A DNA stretch of 64,000 nucleotides from Pocillopora damicornis (Eukaryota). The notes under the pieces were generated by a model, which was not told where the DNA came from, did no database searches, and saw nothing but the letters and a program-made list of their open reading frames with translations. Numbering within the stretch: the first letter of the stretch is position 1; each line of letters begins with the position of its first letter. Location of the stretch: the NCBI RefSeq assembly GCF_003704095.1, contig NW_020846357.1:248001-312000 (forward strand), given 5' to 3'. The position numbers were made by a program, and so were the translations under genes. Positions 1-9,294 of the stretch are shown here, in pieces.

Positions 1-742
1 AAGAACGACAATCATTGTTTTATTCTTTGTAAATAAACTACTTCTTCCAATATCACCTGGACCCCTCAGCTGGATTTGGTTGAAAACAAAGACAAATGTA
101 ACCCAATTTCTTACTCTAAGCTTCCCAATGGGCCAAAAGGCACAATTTGGGGGGGTGAGGGGGCACTATACAGAAAGGATATGAAAGCAAAGCATGAAAG
201 AACATTGTTGATATGCTTGGCTAGCTTTATAGACTAAGGTAAAAAAAATTCTAATCAGCAGGTTCTAAGTCAGGCAGTTCTGGCTCCTTTGAAAAAAACA
301 TATTAATTTCAAGTTTATGGGAGTCAAATGGTTACTATCCTCAAAACCTTTTGCTGAAAGTTTTCAAACTTATCTTTAATGAAAGCTAAACTTGTCCAAG
401 AAAGACAGTAGCAAACCTAGATCTGGTGTCTAGGCCTTTCTCCAGAGGTTAAGTAATTTTGCAGAGTGTCAAGTCATCCTTTATTGTTGTTACCACTAAG
501 TCCACAAACTTATTTACTGGAGGGTGTCATCCTTCTGATGGCAAATTTCTCTTTTAGTAACATTCAGGGAAACATTGAGCAATTCTGAGATAAACTGTGT
601 ATCATATCTTAAGAATTTAAGAAAAAAAGGAGCATATAGAATTTTAATTTTTTTGCTTTTTTATTGTTTCTACTACAACTGTTACACAATAGCAATCAAA
701 TTTGTTCTGAATAATATTGACTGATATTAACATCAGTAAGGT

Positions 743-1549
743 TCAATACAAAAAGGGAATCAAAGCCTTTCGATTCTTAGGATAATCAGCAAACTTCTTT
801 GTATACCATTCATGGTTGTCTCTGGCTCTTGGTATGAATGTGGCACTGGAAAACAACAACCAAACTACACCAGCTACAGACCATGTTGCTAATGCCCAGC
901 CAAACCACTCAAGCATCTCACCAAAATAATTTGGACAGGAAATCAGGTCAAACAAGAATCCATGAGGTACATAGTATTTGGAACTATCTTCAGCTCTTAG
1001 TCTACGAAGTAACAAGTCTGCATAGCGGTTAATAAAATATCCTGCGACAAAAAACATGACACCCATGACAAAACATGGGTCTTTGTAGTAATACAAACCA
1101 TAGTCTGCAGTACCGATCCAATCAGCATTAAGGAAACTGTACAGAAGGTTAGGAAACAGTGCCCCCAAGGATATACCAACAGGGGTCTTTGGACTACTGT
1201 ATCGCATGATCCAGGGGTGGATAATTCCACGATGTAGGTAATGAGAGAGCCATATACAGTAAAATAACAAGTTGGTGGTTTCCTTCTTAATTCCATAGTG
1301 AAAAAATACAAGTGAAAACAGAAAGATTCCTGGGATAGCATCTGATACAGTGTGTGCAAGTCTTTGATGAACCAATGGGCCAAATGAATGGTTAGTTGTC
1401 TGATGTTTTCCATAAGGAGCTGGCTTCGCAGCCTGTGTTACATAGGTAATCACTGCCAGCAGAAAACCAAACGTGCAGAGACCATAGTGTACCCAGAAGT
1501 GGGTTGTTCCATAATCAAACGCTTTCCATGATGGATTAAGACTCAGCAT
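743..1549 (-). CDS. SRD5A1: 3-oxo-5-alpha-steroid 4-dehydrogenase (steroid 5-alpha-reductase 1/2-like), 268 aa, single coding exon
   Basis: Hydrophobic multi-TM ORF with family motifs: N-terminal PYGK, HYLHR, and C-terminal GFLFDLISCPNYFGEMLEWFGWALATWS...RARDNHEWY...FADYPKNRKALIPF. Probable 5'UTR intron 1566-1710 (minus-strand cag|gtaact donor, acag acceptor). SRD5A1 versus SRD5A2 cannot be resolved. Confidence 0.9.
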   Translation of the reverse strand: MLSLNPSWKAFDYGTTHFWVHYGLCTFGFLLAVITYVTQAAKPAPYGKHQTTNHSFGPLVHQRLAHTVSDAIPGIFLFSLVFFHYGIKKETTNLLFYCIWLSHYLHRGIIHPWIMRYSSPKTPVGISLGALFPNLLYSFLNADWIGTADYGLYYYKDPCFVMGVMFFVAGYFINRYADLLLRRLRAEDSSKYYVPHGFLFDLISCPNYFGEMLEWFGWALATWSVAGVVWLLFSSATFIPRARDNHEWYTKKFADYPKNRKALIPFLY

Positions 1550-1711
1550 TGTTTGTACTGATGACCTGTCGAGGACAAAGTCATGGAAAACTTAATCTTA
1601 CGTAATATATTGTTTAGCCACATTTTAAGTATCTAAAACACCCGACACAGCAATTTTTCTGGAAAAAAGCACAGGTCAACAAGCATTCATGCAAATTGTG
1701 AGTGAGTTACC

Positions 1712-2048
1712 TGAAACGTTCTTCAATGCAATAGACTTCACCCTGCCCCGGCTGTTCCCGGCTACACTGATTGACCTCAGGAAATCTGCCTCGTATGAGC
1801 CCGTCAGCAAAGTCAGCACACAATAAGTTTTCCAACGAGCATGCGTAATTATGTGCAGCGGGAAAGACAAAAGTTTTACGTATCAAAACATTTTGCCAAA
1901 ATTTTGGAGGAAATCTGTTTGCAGAGCTGCTGATCGCTCCCGATTGCCTAGTTACACATGATTAGAAGTTTACTTTAAGTCCTCTGACCTCTCAGGGCCG
2001 GTATAAAGTTAAGCAAACAAGGAAATAAACGAAGAACATTAAGCCAAA
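1712..2048. promoter_or_regulatory. Probable short bidirectional promoter / 5'UTR region between SRD5A-like (-) and CENP-C (+)
   Basis: Divergent genes with start codons about 500 bp apart; the SRD5A 5'UTR exon ends at 1711; TATA-like gtataaa near 2001; CENP-C start context aaaATGGCGGC at 2049. Confidence 0.5.
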
Positions 2049-5000
2049 ATGGCGGCTGCAAAGGTGAGATCGTTTTACAACACTTTTTTTCGTACTATTA
2101 AACTTAATATTTGTTGATCTCTGCATCTTGTCTCTTAAATCATCCCAGATTTCGAATTTCTTAGCCCTGAGAGTGTGTATAATAGCATTTTGATTCTGCG
2201 ACGTCCGCGAATTAGGAACGAAATTCACTTTATGTAAAAACACGCATATTTAGATAATTTAATTGAATGTTTGAACAGTTTTGACATCGATCACTCGATC
2301 GGCTTTCGTAGTAACTGGGAATGGTATCTTCAATGCGTTCCATGAAGATAATATTTGGTTTGGGAAAAATAAGCTTCCGGTGGCCTTCCATTATGACTTT
2401 AAACCATATTTTTTTCCTCACAGGCTGCTAGAAGAAATGCTCTCCTACATAATCTACATATTCCCAATGAACCATTTCAAGATCCGCTGATAGGAAGGTA
2501 AAATTCAGATCAGAATTATATTTAATCCATTTGACCTTTAAATGTCCAGAAATGATTTAATTGTAACTTCCAATTACAATTTAATCACAACACACAGCAA
2601 ACAGGTGAAAAGAATATACAAACATATCAGCTGAAAGGTTTTATCTTAACCTCTTATACTGTAGGATCATACATGTATCTATATTCTCCATATTCCAATC
2701 TAACCAGACTTTCTCGCAGGCTAAAAAACACTTGTGTCACAGTGTGAATAACAAGAGCTTATTTATAAACTAGTCTCTAAGTGGGTAATTTAGCATTATT
2801 AGCTCTTCAGCCCCTGAGAGTGATAAGTATCTAATTTCTCCCCACACTACCATCCTTGAATCAAATATCACGGTTGTGAGAATAAAGGAAACTATCACAA
2901 ACTCGACAAGTTCTTGATTATAAGACAAATTGTCCTTCTAGGTACCATAGGAAATGTATAGAGAACAGTATAGAGAACTTGCAGACTGATGTTAGTGTGT
3001 AAAGGATTAACTGAGTTGATAACATGAATTGGCCGTCATAAAGAATTTCAAAGCTGATGTTTCAAGAGTTAACTCTTGATCTATTGCTCTAACGAAGGGC
3101 TAACACTTAAAAGCAGCTTTCAAACTCTTTATGGTGGCCACTTTACGTTATCAACTCAGCTGATAACACTAAATTACCTTGTTATACTCTCCCATGAATG
3201 CAACACCACACTTCCTTTAGTAACTTACCTACTTTGTTCATTAGTCTCAAACTGCATATGGAAATGTCTTTGCGTTGCAATTACATGTTCATGAACAGAG
3301 TACATGTATTTTCTCGTTATCTTTGATGTTATTTCTTACAGACGAACTGGTGTTCCTCTGAATATTAAAGCCAGGAAAGATTCATTTGGTTTTGAAAACA
3401 TTGATGACTATTTTCTATATTCAGGTGGGGCTACATTTGTCAATGGAGAATGTTTTTGTTTACTATGTAAAGAAGCTTTCAAATAGGAAGTGATTCAAAA
3501 CTTTTGAGATTAATTGAGTGGTTTATGAAGGGATCACAATGAAGTTTGTGTAATGTGTTTTTAATGCAATGAATATGTCTGATGCTTGTTTAGATCCAGA
3601 AGAAGAAGAAGAAGAAGTCGTTGCTCCAAATACACAAGGACTGGATAAAGATCTTGTGAAGTATGTACACATACAGGGTGGCTTAAAATTTATGTTTTGG
3701 CTAAATTTTATCGATGGTTCATACTTTGTTTTCCTTAATTTGGAATTATTTTCAAACATCAGCAAGTCCAATAAAAAAGGAGAGTTATGTTAGATATAGG
3801 ATTGTATGGTGAATTCTTGTAGGGAAAATGCCAATCTGCATCCAGAGGAGGATGAAGATGTGTTTGAGAAAGTTGCAGATGACCATCCACTGTCAGGTTT
3901 GTTTCTCCTTTTGCACATTCTGTTTGGAAGATTTTTCAATTTTAATAAGTGAATTTCATGACCCTCGTGTGCAATGTAGATCAGGTCCCTGCCCTCCCCT
4001 CCCTAACAGATTTCAGGTCCATGTTGGTAATACAACCTGGGTAGTATGGTAACACATTGACCTTAGCAAGTCCTTAAACATGAATCTCATGATCCATAGT
4101 AATTCCCTCTACTGTCTGTGATACAATTCTTATGATGTTAGTTCAGAGAATTTGATATTGGATCCACCAATCGTAATTCCCTAATTGACATTAAATGTAG
4201 ACAAGTGATGAGAATAAAGAAAAATTTTTTCTTTATTCTCATCACTTGTCTGCTTGATGTTGTATTGATATTATAAGGTGCGATTCTTTCTTGGTCACTC
4301 ATGGGAGTTCTATGGTCAAATGTATTTTGACTGTCTCAGGTGATGATGCTCAACTGAAAAAGTCATCTCCTGAAGAGAGGGATTCAGTGGATAGACTGAA
4401 ACAGAATATTGGGTCTCCTAATAACACTGGAACTGCAATTAAAAACCCGGCCTCCAGAGAACCAACTCCACGGTTAAGAGGACCAATTAGCAAGAGGTAG
4501 GTTTCTGAATGGTGAAAGGGGGGGGATCAATAAACTTAATTCAATAATGACATTTTCATTTGAAAGATCTCAACCTCTATGAGCAGCAGCAGATTTTCCT
4601 TTTGATTTAATAATTGAATTTGGCAAATAAGCTTCGTGTGTGCATTTTGTCACTTTTTGTAGGTTGTCATTCATAACTGGGCAATCACCAATTGAATTAA
4701 AAGACGATCAAGTACATGCTGGGTAATTCTCATCTAATTGTTTTTTTATTTTTATTGTTAGTTATTTACTTTAGAAACACAACACGTCACAAAGTTTAGG
4801 GCTTGCTGTGTTTCTACCCTGACCTGACAAGAAACAATTATTTCTGTCAAGAAACGAGGTCTTCATGGTTTGGAAGAAAATTCAGATTATTGTGCTTGTT
4901 TGATAATGGTGACATACATTATATCACTTGGAAGTACTTTATTGCAAGTGCCTACTTGAAAATATCCAATCAGGTGTCAGAAAAAGTGAAAAAACTTAAC

Positions 5001-8000
5001 TGAAACAGCAACAGTAATTATATATTTTATTTTTACAGTTTGCTTGTGTGTCATGAACTTAATTTTGATGAGTCAGTATGTATCTGACCTGTGTAAATCT
5101 CTTCAAGGTGATCATGGTTTTGCAAGTTTCACAGTACTTAATGCAATTTGTATTTTTTCTTATTGTATTATTTCTTAGAGATTCATCGGATGACAAATGT
5201 GCAAAGACTAGTGGTGAGGAGGTTGGAGATAGTGACACTGAAATTGACGTTGTTAATGAGGATCCACAAATGGTAATAGAGAAAACTGTCGATGAAACTT
5301 CTTATAAAAAGAAACCTAAATCATTGAAAAAGACCCCTGCAGTAACAAAAAAGCACAGAATTGAGGCTGATGAAAGTGAAGATGAGGGCATCATTGATAT
5401 AACAGGAACTGAAGAAGATACTTTTCTAACCATTGGGAATATATCTCGTGCAGCGAAGACCAACACAGCTGTCCATAAATTGCCGCTGCCTGCCCAGGCT
5501 GATAGTTTTGTCATGAGTGAGAGTTTTGTGTTGGAAGGAACAAAACACAAGTCTATGTCTCCAGAGTTTGGTTCTAGTTCAGACTGCCAGGATGAGCCAG
5601 CAACTAAAGGATATAAATCTCGAATACCTGTGTTAACAAAGGGATATCCAAGCAATAAGGCAGCACTAAAAGGGCCAGTCAAAGGAAAAAAGGCAAATGT
5701 GACTAGAGATCCAGAGAGTGTAATGGTTTCAGTGGTGGGACAAGGTGATGACGAGGAGGAAAGAACAGACTTGACAGTTACTGAGAAAGAACAAGCGAGG
5801 CCACTGCAGGGGAAACGTACAAGAGGAGGGACGACAAAGAATGTGGAAGAGCCCCATGAACTAAAGACAATAAAGGGAAGGGGAAGAAAAATTGTACCAA
5901 ATATCACGCATCAGACAAGCAGGGTAACCAGGGGAAGCAAGCAGAAAAATGAAAATGGCAACAAAGACGATGAAGAAGTTGATAATCAAAAGGATGATGG
6001 TGGTTTTAAAAAGGCAGCAGTTCGAAAGGGAAAACCAACGAAGGAGAACAAGGGTAAAAAGAAGAAGGAGCAAATAGAAATTGTGGGAAAAGGAACCGAG
6101 CAACAAGATGGAGTGGATACAATACAACTCAGGGGAAGGAATATCAGAGGGCAGAGGAAAAGAGGGAAAGATGACAAAGTTCATGAACAGAATGGAAAGG
6201 CAGAAGCACTGCAAGTGACAGTTGATGATGAGGACGATGAAAATTTTGAACGTGGAAAGATGGATTTAGGGCGAACAGGGTTGGAGACCGAAGGAACTGG
6301 AAGAGACGAGGAATCGTCAGTGGTCCAAAGAAAGGAGATGACCAGTAGGACTAAGAAAAGTGATACCAATCTGACTCAGGGTTTTGGAAATACTGGAGCA
6401 AGGAAGTCCAAAGGCATTGCTAGAGTTCAGAAACTGGAAGAAAGAGAAGGGGGTGACGATATGTCGAAGAAAAAGAGAGGAAAACGGGGAAAAGGAAGAA
6501 GAAAAGATGAAGAAACTACTGCCAAAGAGGACAGTCGAGTCGTTGACATTGCAGCAGAGTTGGACGAAGCGCAAGATGATGACTTTGAGGAAAATACCAA
6601 TGAGTTTGAGAAAACAAATGATGTTTCCGTGAGGAGGATGTCCAATGTGTCCAGTAATGTTTCTTCAAGCTCCGAGTCTTCAAAGAAGACGAGCAACGGT
6701 GTCGCGAGCAAGCGAAGGAAGGTGTCACGGGTACTACCACCATATGCAAGGAAACGAAGAGCAGGTAAAGCAAACAACTCGAAAGACTCCTCCAAGACGA
6801 GCAGTTACGACTCTACTGAACTAAGCGTGGACGCTAAAAAACGAAGATTGCAGGACGAAGCGAATGAAACGAGCACTGCAAAGGATTCCCCGAGAAAGGA
6901 CACCAAAACAAATGCTGGTAAAACTAGTAGAAATAAACGAGATACGAGGAAATCCGGAGCAAAGAAGAACTCTTTAACAACAGACAACTTTAATGAAAGA
7001 GCTGATGTAAATGATTTATCGCAAGGAGTAGAAGACGACAACGGTTTTTTGGACGCTCCAGCTGAACCAGTAACAGCGTTGAAGTCAATTCTTAAATCTG
7101 GAGGCAATGTGCGACGATCAACTAAAGGTAATTACACTATTATGTGGAACACTGTAGACTGTAACTTACATCATAGTTAGTGACTGAGTGAGTATGAACA
7201 AACAACGTTGATTTTTCTAAACGTTGCTGGTCTTTTTAAAAGTACGGTCAACAGCAGCCTAAATTTTTCTTCCGCGATATTTACAAACACGGAGTCACTC
7301 TGTATTGTAAAATTTCTCCCGGTTTGTTCGTTTGTTTGTATGTCTATTACAGGTTCCAGGAAGCGTCAGATGACAATAGGGAAGTCACACTCGGGCGGTA
7401 GTGACGCCGATGACGAGAGCCTACAACCTGCCAAGCAGCCAAACAGAAAAAGTCTTTCTTCCGTCAGTTTTGCTTCAACCCCATTCGTTCGTGGATCACC
7501 GTCTGTGCCAGCAAACGTTTCCCCTATTAGTCTATCGTTTGCGTCTAAGAACAGCTCTTACAAATCCGCAGATGGGACATTTACCCCCGGAAGTGCTCGA
7601 ACTGTCAGATCATCTGTGGGTTCTGCCAGTGGCTCCAGTGTTGGTGATAACTCTAAAGTTGATCCTGAAGAGGAGGTCACCATCACAAATGATACCGCGC
7701 AACCAGAAGGTGAGTTAAGTCGAATGTTCTCATCGCTTAAATTATCGCTCAGTAATCCTGTAAGGAGACGTGGGGGGGCTGGTGCGTAACGAGCTGGACC
7801 CTCGGTGGAGAGATCTGTGTTCGAGCCCTGTCCCAGTCAGTTTGATATGTTCTCTCAGAGTGCTTCTCTCTTCCCAAGAGTGTAAAAGGAGACAGGCAAA
7901 CTGCTACAGAACTTGATGAATTCTGCCCAGGTGGAATAACGATACTCCCAGTCGCTTCATGTTACGAAAAAAGGAAAAGCTCCAGACTGGCTAAGAAAAA

Positions 8001-8520
8001 TTTTATTTACGTATTGTTTTCGCAGTTTCTCCTAATGAACAGCATACTAGGAGAAGCAAACGCACCATCGTGCCGCCTCTTCAATACTGGAAAAACGAGC
8101 GAATAGATTATGAGCGACGAAAATCAGGTACCGTTAACTTAATTGAGAATCTTTTTTTAAATAAATTTTAGCTCCAGGTGTGTTGATAAAACTACATTAG
8201 CTCCTGTAGAGTGACGGACAGCAACCGCCGTCGAATCAAGTTTAGAGCCATCACAACCCGACCAATCACAAGATACTTTGGTTCAAATGAGCCTTATGAT
8301 TGGTTGAGTTGTTGTAACCTCATTTCTTTCCATTCCAACCAATCACAGGCCTGGAAAAAGGAAGGAGAGCCCTCATCCATAGTAACAAAAAGAAGCGATT
8401 CGAGGTAACTGATGATGATTTGTTTTTCTTTGTTAGGTGGCTGGTGCATAAAGGGCGTTATAAAAAATCCAACTCCAACACCAAAGTACAGGAAGAAGCG
8501 GAAACAAACAGTGAAACTTT
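2049..8520 (+). CDS. CENPC: Centromere protein C (CENP-C/Mif2), 3'-incomplete at the assembly gap
   Basis: Phase-consistent exons 2049-2063, 2424-2497, 3342-3424, 3594-3660, 3823-3896, 4340-4496, 4663-4722, 5179-7127, 7353-7709, 8026-8127, 8437->8520 (gap). N-terminal IGRRTGVPLNIKARKDSFGFENIDDYF resembles the Mif2 N motif. Long charged low-complexity middle. CENP-C motif TRRSKRTIVPPLQYWKNERIDY in exon 8026-8127. The C-terminal cupin domain is not visible and is presumably in the gap. Confidence 0.88.
2522..2650 (+). mobile_element. Truncated member of the ~200-bp TTAA-ended MITE superfamily
   Basis: Begins ttaatccatttgacc; the internal caaacaggtgaaaagaata matches the reverse complement of the 26992-27203 element. 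Confidence 0.4.
2799..3010 (+). mobile_element. ~210-bp MITE (TTAA ends, piggyBac-like), subfamily A
   Basis: Shares tatctaatttctcc...gagaataaagga...ggaaatgtatagagaacagt...ctgatgttag...aaaggattaa with the copies at 28133-28310 and 29514-29701. Confidence 0.75.
3008..3240. mobile_element. Fold-back (inverted-pair) repeat, Penelope-like terminal repeat remnant
   Basis: 3008-3075 is an imperfect reverse complement of 3090-3170 (aactgagttgataac...gctgatgtttc versus agggctaac...cagctttc...gttatcaactcag). Same family as 9965-10170, 19015-19185 and 29355-29485. Confidence 0.6.
4075..4310 (-). mobile_element. MITE subfamily B with an internal perfect 26-bp palindrome
   Basis: Colinear with 36757-36961 (atagtaatt...tacaattcttat...tattggatc...ccctaattga...ctttattctcatcactt...tcttggtcactcat); extra inverted arm at 4199-4224. 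Confidence 0.75.
7770..7990 (+). mobile_element. Degenerate tRNA-derived SINE
   Basis: B-box-like gttcgagccc, followed by agtgcttctctc...caaactg...ccagtcgcttcatg; related to 30985-31260 and 12145-12211. Confidence 0.55.
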
Positions 8521-8620
8521 NNNNNNNNNNNNNNNNNNNNNNNNNNNNNNNNNNNNNNNNNNNNNNNNNNNNNNNNNNNNNNNNNNNNNNNNNNNNNNNN
8601 NNNNNNNNNNNNNNNNNNNN
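8521..8620. other. Assembly gap (100 N, probably unsized)
   Basis: Run of N; interrupts the CENP-C ORF. Confidence 0.99.
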
Positions 8621-8974
8621 ACCGCTTGTCGTATTTGATTGGAACGAATCGGCTGCTTATCTTTGAAAAATAGCTCTGTATATTTAATGTCGATTGTTTA
8701 GTCAGATCAATGAAAAACTGCAATTTTACTTTTACGCGCATTTGACTTTTGGAAAATGCTGATGAAGCCCTGAAAGGCAAAATAATGTATCGCATATTCA
8801 CAGACTTAAGGCAAGCAGTGCGTGCAAAACGTATGAATTAAACGTTAGGCTTGTCCTTTGTGCGTCTCACTGTTTTCCTCTTCCTTCGTCAAGACTTTAT
8901 TAGCAGGGCTAAGGGAATAATGAGGGGGGTAACTCTAGGAAAAAAAAATTGAAAAAGATGGGAATTTCAAAACT

Positions 8975-9134
8975 TTACGATTTTATAGGATTCCATCCCA
9001 TTTTGGACGATTTGATCCGATTTTGAACAGCTCTGTTGGAATATGGACAGCTTTGTTCTATGTTGGACACATATGTCCAATTCCTGACATTTACGTCCGA
9101 TTTCGAATAGTCTCGTCTGATTTCGGACGTTTCA
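8975..9134 (-). repeat. 20-bp-period array of a degenerate palindrome (GTCCGATTTCGGAC plus 6 variable nt), about 8 units
   Basis: Cores at 8995, 9015, 9035, 9055, 9075, 9095 and 9115 (e.g. atcccattttggac, gtccgatttcgaat, gtctgatttcggac) with exact 20-bp spacing; a weaker unit at 8975. Confidence 0.75.
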
Positions 9135-9294
9135 TGGCCTCGTACATGACACCACTTACTGAAAAATTCCTCTAACCCAGTCTCTACGCCTCTCAATTTT
9201 GTTTTGGTTTGTCGCCTAGCAGAAATTCTGGAACGCGGGATTTCTGTTGGGTTAGGGTTCTTAGTCTTTAGGTTTTTTTATCTCCCGTTGCACA

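Noticed and set aside
4775-4850. Extra CENP-C exon after the strong acceptor at 4774
   Set aside because: All three frames stop within about 55 nt, and exon 4663-4722 joins 5179 in phase without it.
5078-7180. 700-aa ORF as a stand-alone gene, and the antisense ORFs over it
   Set aside because: It is the large internal CENP-C exon (5179-7127) plus intron read-through. The antisense ORFs are shadows of biased codon composition.
8758-8790. ctgatga-a-gcc(ctgaaa)ggc-aaaa as a hammerhead ribozyme
   Set aside because: It lacks the GAAA core and stems I/III, and it overlaps a predicted minus-strand splice acceptor.
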